Shown here in pieces: positions 59,655-64,000 of a stretch of DNA of 64,000 nt. Position 1 is the stretch's first letter. Each line of letters begins with the position of its first letter. The notes beneath the pieces were generated by a model that worked only from the letters and a program-made list of their open reading frames with translations, was not told the origin of the DNA and did no database searches. Where the stretch lies: assembly GCA_904063045.1 (NCBI GenBank), contig CAJFCJ010000012.1, forward strand, positions 2,289,180 through 2,353,179. Direction: 5' to 3'. The stretch is from Dimorphilus gyrociliatus. Lineage: Eukaryota; Animalia; Annelida. The position numbers and the translations under genes are program-made.

Positions 59655-60386
59655 TTAGATCTCTTGACAAATAAATTTGAATTGTAACGAACATTTGCGA
59701 TAGTTGTATTGTAAATCTTTTTCGTTATCTGTTATCTCTACCATAAGACAATCTTCATGATCGCTATTCGATGCAACTCCCTTTACGTATTTATTTACTA
59801 AAAAACGTAGTTGAGAATTCATGGTTACTCCTGGTTTCCATAATTCTAACGTATCTTCATGTTCTATGTCGTTCATCATCATCCATATTTTGTCGTGAAG
59901 TTTTGCATCGACAATTAGCTTGTATAACAATACTCCCGTATCACCAGCGTTCCTTAGAAAACCCATCATCTTATAATGATTACACCTTATCAAAGCTTCG
60001 AAATAGTTCAATTTCTCGTCGACAATCACATATTTTTTACCCTGATAAAGAAGTATCCGAATTGCAGGTGGTTCGGGATCTGGAATTTTGCTGAATACTC
60101 TATTATTGAATTCTACTATTTTCATCACTTTTCCACCGTTTGTTATCATATCTGGAATAGTTGAATTGGCATATGTACAGACGTGATCGTTAAAAATAAC
60201 CACAGGCGACTTTTGAAGGTAAACTTTAGCGAAAACTTTGACAAAACACTCCAATTTACTTCTAAACCTTTCTATTGAAGCTAAGCCAAAATTATCGACG
60301 ACTGTATAGGAAATCGAACCATCCATCCAAGCGATTTGACTATCAATCGGAAGGAAAATAGATGCGTATAGGACGATAAAGAACAT
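59655..60386 (-). CDS. C-type lectin-like paralogue, copy 2
   Basis: Same architecture. The likely ATG is at 60386 (the ORF track uses an upstream TTG). Confidence 0.83.
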   Translation of the reverse strand: MFFIVLYASIFLPIDSQIAWMDGSISYTVVDNFGLASIERFRSKLECFVKVFAKVYLQKSPVVIFNDHVCTYANSTIPDMITNGGKVMKIVEFNNRVFSKIPDPEPPAIRILLYQGKKYVIVDEKLNYFEALIRCNHYKMMGFLRNAGDTGVLLYKLIVDAKLHDKIWMMMNDIEHEDTLELWKPGVTMNSQLRFLVNKYVKGVASNSDHEDCLMVEITDNEKDLQYNYRKCSLQFKFICQEI

Positions 60387-60638
60387 ATCGAAAACTAAAA
60401 GAGATATAAAAGAAAGCAATTTTTTATATGGGGAAAACGAAGCAGAAGAAAAAGGAGAAGAAGAAAAAAAGAAAAGAAGAAATAAGATATTGTTTTTCTT
60501 TTAAAAATAGAATGTTCTATAGAAAGTAAAAATGGTAGATAAGAGTTTTTTAGTGATTTTGATAAAGTTTTATTATTAAATAACATTGATTTTGTATTTA
60601 ATTTTTACTCAAAGAAATTTCCAAGAAATTTTACTTTT

Positions 60639-61584
60639 TTAAGCTCGACAAACAAATTTATATTTTGCACTGCAGGATACTGCAAAATATTTTACAGTAC
60701 CCGAATTACCTTGCTTTAATGCTGTTATACAATCTTTCGAATCGCTATTCGAAATTTTTCCGTTTATATGACTTCTCAAATCGGATCTGAGAACTTCTCC
60801 AGCTGCGCTCCATTCCAGCTGACCTTCAACAGTCTTGTCGTTTAGGAATATAATATGTTCAGTATTTTTTGTAAATGCTGCCTTAATAAAATCTGTTAAA
60901 GAGGCAACGTCGTCCTGAAAAAAGAATGGTTTGTAATTATCCATCAGGCAGGATGCAAGTGACTCGACGTATGTTTTTTCCACTGGAGAAACGTAATAAG
61001 AGTTTCCCATTATAATCTTTTCAATCCAGTTGATACCCGATGACTGTAGGATAGTTGTTATATCTGATACAGAGAAAAGAAGTAGTTATTGGTGCTAGGA
61101 TTGATATTACTATACCTGTTGTTTGTTCTGTTGTTGGTTGTGTGGTCCGTTCTGTTGTTCTTTTTGTTGTTTGTTCTGTTGTTTGCCACGTTGTCGATCT
61201 AATTATTGTCCCCGTTGTTGACCCTATTGTTGATTCTGCAGTTTGTGGTGTTGATGTCGTACCAAGTGAGGACAAATTATGGTCACTTTTTATAATAAAA
61301 CCTTTATATAATTGACCATTAAAGTTCGAATTGCTATTCATTATTACTATATAATCAACCCAATATGGCAAACTATCTTTAAACACAACGTACGAATTTT
61401 CCGGTAGATTATGATAAGTGAAAACGTTGATGAAAGATTCGAGAAAGCTTCTAGATTGACCAAGTAGTTTCGTATTAGAGGATGAATTTAAAGAACAAAG
61501 TAAAATATCCTTTTTAAATGAACGAGTTTCCGTTGCTATCATAGGAAATATGATAACTAATACAAAAGAGAAGTAAATTATCAT
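60639..61584 (-). CDS. C-type lectin-like paralogue, copy 3 (two ORFs joined by a 52-nt intron)
   Basis: A phase-1 GT-AG intron at 61115-61064 joins the two track ORFs in frame (..TTEQTT-D-ITTILQSSGINWIEKIIMGNSYY..). Confidence 0.8.
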
Positions 61585-61801
61585 TCCGGATTTAAAAGAA
61601 TTAAATTGACAATAAAAGTCTTGTACGGTAAAGTTTGCTGAAATTTCTAATGGCTCTGGCCGCTCATTTGATTCTATAACAAATGTATTGTGAACTATAA
61701 TATAAACAAAGCTTTTTCAACATTTATTGACTAGTTTATTCTTTATTAGAGTATTTTAACTGAAAATTTATAAATATTGATTTGGTAAGGAATTAAATTA
61801 A

Positions 61802-62530
61802 TCATTTTCGATTTTGACAAGCATAATATAATTGTGTATTACAATCTTCGGCTGTTAGAATGTAACTCGACAGGTCGACACTTGATACCGATACACAACC
61901 AGCTCCAGGGCTTGAAAAGCTTATATGACTTTTTACGTGATCTCTTAATGAATCTCTTGTAGATCTATTGTTGGAGACCCATTCGAATGTTCCTTTATTG
62001 GTGCTATCGTCCATAAATATCCATACTTTATAGTACATGCCAATCTTTGTCATAACTATATTGAAGAAGTGTAGTTTGTAGTTGTAATACAGAGGGGATA
62101 GATTATACTCGGAGCATCGCTGATAGGCAGAGTTAAAACTCAAAGGCTCGTTCATTACGAAAATATTATAAGAATACGTTGAAAAGTTATAAACTATAGG
62201 AATAGTCAGTTGATCAGGGGAGGAGTTACTCTCTTTCGTTTGGTCATCGAGATAACTGCTTCTTATCAGGATCAGATCAGCTTGTGGGGCAGATTGATTA
62301 ACTTTTATAGGTAGCCGAGAGAGTGAACATTTCTTTTCGTTAAAAATTATAAGCAGCTCTTTAAGAGAAGAATTGAGACGTAAAGCTTGTGAGAAACAAC
62401 GCCATTTGTTATTAAACTCTCCTAGCTGAGTGGAATTTTGAACTGTAATACTTTTCCTGTAATAATCACCCTTAAACCAGTTACTTGACGAATTGACCGA
62501 AATTAAATAAAGGAAAATGAACAAGATCAT
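61802..62530 (-). CDS. C-type lectin-like paralogue, copy 4
   Basis: Signal peptide, 2-Cys N-domain, CTLD with WIFMDD...GTFEW and four Cys. Confidence 0.83.
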   Translation of the reverse strand: MILFIFLYLISVNSSSNWFKGDYYRKSITVQNSTQLGEFNNKWRCFSQALRLNSSLKELLIIFNEKKCSLSRLPIKVNQSAPQADLILIRSSYLDDQTKESNSSPDQLTIPIVYNFSTYSYNIFVMNEPLSFNSAYQRCSEYNLSPLYYNYKLHFFNIVMTKIGMYYKVWIFMDDSTNKGTFEWVSNNRSTRDSLRDHVKSHISFSSPGAGCVSVSSVDLSSYILTAEDCNTQLYYACQNRK

Positions 62531-62929
62531 AATTGCGAATGAGAACTCTATTATTCACTAAAAGAGATTTTTTAATGACGTCCTTCTAGACGGTAAACAT
62601 GTAAATAAACTTAATATATTTTTCAATATTCAAAATAGATTTATTCAGCAATTCAAGTGCAAAAATTGAATAGAAACATAAAACAAAGTACACTTTTTTG
62701 TTTTAAATTTGTCTAAGAAACAAAATTTCTTTCTTTATTCCATTAATAAAATATATAGAAAATTTCTCATCACGACAAAACATTAGTCAACGAACTAACT
62801 CGATTATTGCGCAATAATAAATATTTAATTCTTTTCTCAAATATTGATAAAAGCTTATAAAGCATCCGTTCTTTTTTTCTTAATATTTTGTTTTTAATAT
62901 GTTTCTTTTTCGTATATTTGCTTTATTCT

Positions 62930-62936
<7 letters not shown>

Positions 62937-62967
<31 letters not shown>
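62937..62967. repeat. (CT)n microsatellite just upstream of the collagen-like ATG
   Basis: Perfect CT run. Confidence 0.95.
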
Positions 62968-62969
<2 letters not shown>

Positions 62970-62980
62970 TCAGCACGAAC

Positions 62981-63640
62981 ATGTCAATTGTATTTCTTAT
63001 ATTTATTGTCTTCTGTCCAACACAAATCTATATGATAGAAGCACGAACAGGTGCTACAGGTAAATCGCATCTTTTGCTTTTCCTTCTCTTTTCAATAATA
63101 CAACACTTTTCCTTCTTTTCTACTTTTTTTTTACAAGGTGATACCGGGCCTAGAGGACATACAGGATTCACAGGATATCCAGGACCAATTGGCCCAATGG
63201 GAAAAACGGGCGCAACAGGTAGTAAGGGCATAACTGGTGCGACTGGATATCGTGGTATGCCAGGACCAGTAGGACCCCCCGGACCTCCAGGAAAGACACA
63301 ATTTAACGGTACAGAATCTAACGCTACGCAGAAAATTCTTCAAGGTAAATCTCTTAAGTCTTAAATAAAGATTTCAAATTTTTGTCTGAAATGGATAAAA
63401 CTATAATTTTCAGGTGAAAAATCGAATCTAGAAGCTCCGGCCATGGCAACATCGGCACTTTCATTCGTTTTGAGTATTTTAAGCGTCATTCAGATAGTTT
63501 TCTTAAGATTTAAAATTAAAAAATATGATAATTCGCTTATAAAGAAGAACGAAATTAAAATAAATAAAAATGAAGAATCTCCTAAACAGAAATTAACGAT
63601 GAAGAAGAACATTTATTATCTTCCAGATGAAATTCCGTAA
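62981..63640 (+). CDS. Short collagen-like type-I membrane protein
   Basis: Exons 62981-63059, 63138-63344, 63414-63640 with phase-1 introns. Signal peptide, 19 uninterrupted Gly-X-Y triplets, TM segment [17 protein letters not shown], basic stop-transfer RFKIKK. Confidence 0.78.
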
Positions 63641-63812
63641 CTATAATCAATGTATATTTATTAAATAGTACATATGTTATACTTTAATTAGGCATGGAGA
63701 AGTTCGTTTAGAACGTAAAATGTCGATAATGTCAGGAGAATATTTGGATTTACAAGATTAGCGATTTAGTCTCACTCCATTCCACTACTCTCTCTCTCTT
63801 CGTAAAAACTTA

Positions 63813-63853
<41 letters not shown>

Positions 63854-64000
63854 AATTTATATAAGTATATTAATATATTAGTATATAGACAGTATATATA
63901 GAAATACAATCAGCTTATAGAGACATGCTGTATTACTATCTTTGATGAATTTTACTATATTTTTCATTCATATATATATGGATTAATGATTCTTAATAAA

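Overview
This is a eukaryotic (metazoan) window: AT-rich and gene-dense, with many short GT-AG introns of about 50-70 nt. Gene content and compactness suggest a miniaturised invertebrate, possibly a lophotrochozoan such as a compact-genome annelid (inference only). I found no prokaryotic features, CRISPR arrays, tRNA/rRNA genes or recognisable transposase/RT. Gene order: two small uncharacterised minus-strand spliced genes that the ORF track misses (one with a clear signal peptide); rolling-stone-like; an SLC6 transporter; three adjacent predicted GPI-anchored surface proteins (Cys-rich EB-like repeats; a triplicated Ig unit; a FN2-kringle-F5/8-EGF-FReD/PAN-EGF-TSP1-Ly6 mosaic); Lhx3/4 in a roughly 12 kb non-coding domain; ZnT6; an intronless atypical GPCR; PRRC2; RPL13; GST; CDK5RAP1; an RNF216-like RBR ligase; four tandem C-type-lectin genes; and a short type-I membrane collagen. 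The best hidden signals are intronic box C/D snoRNAs whose guides land on known rRNA methylation sites, a PAN domain inserted inside a fibrinogen-like domain, intron absence confined to the last Ig repeat unit, and CTCF-like motifs. Exon boundaries and alignments were read by eye and need RNA-seq and database confirmation.
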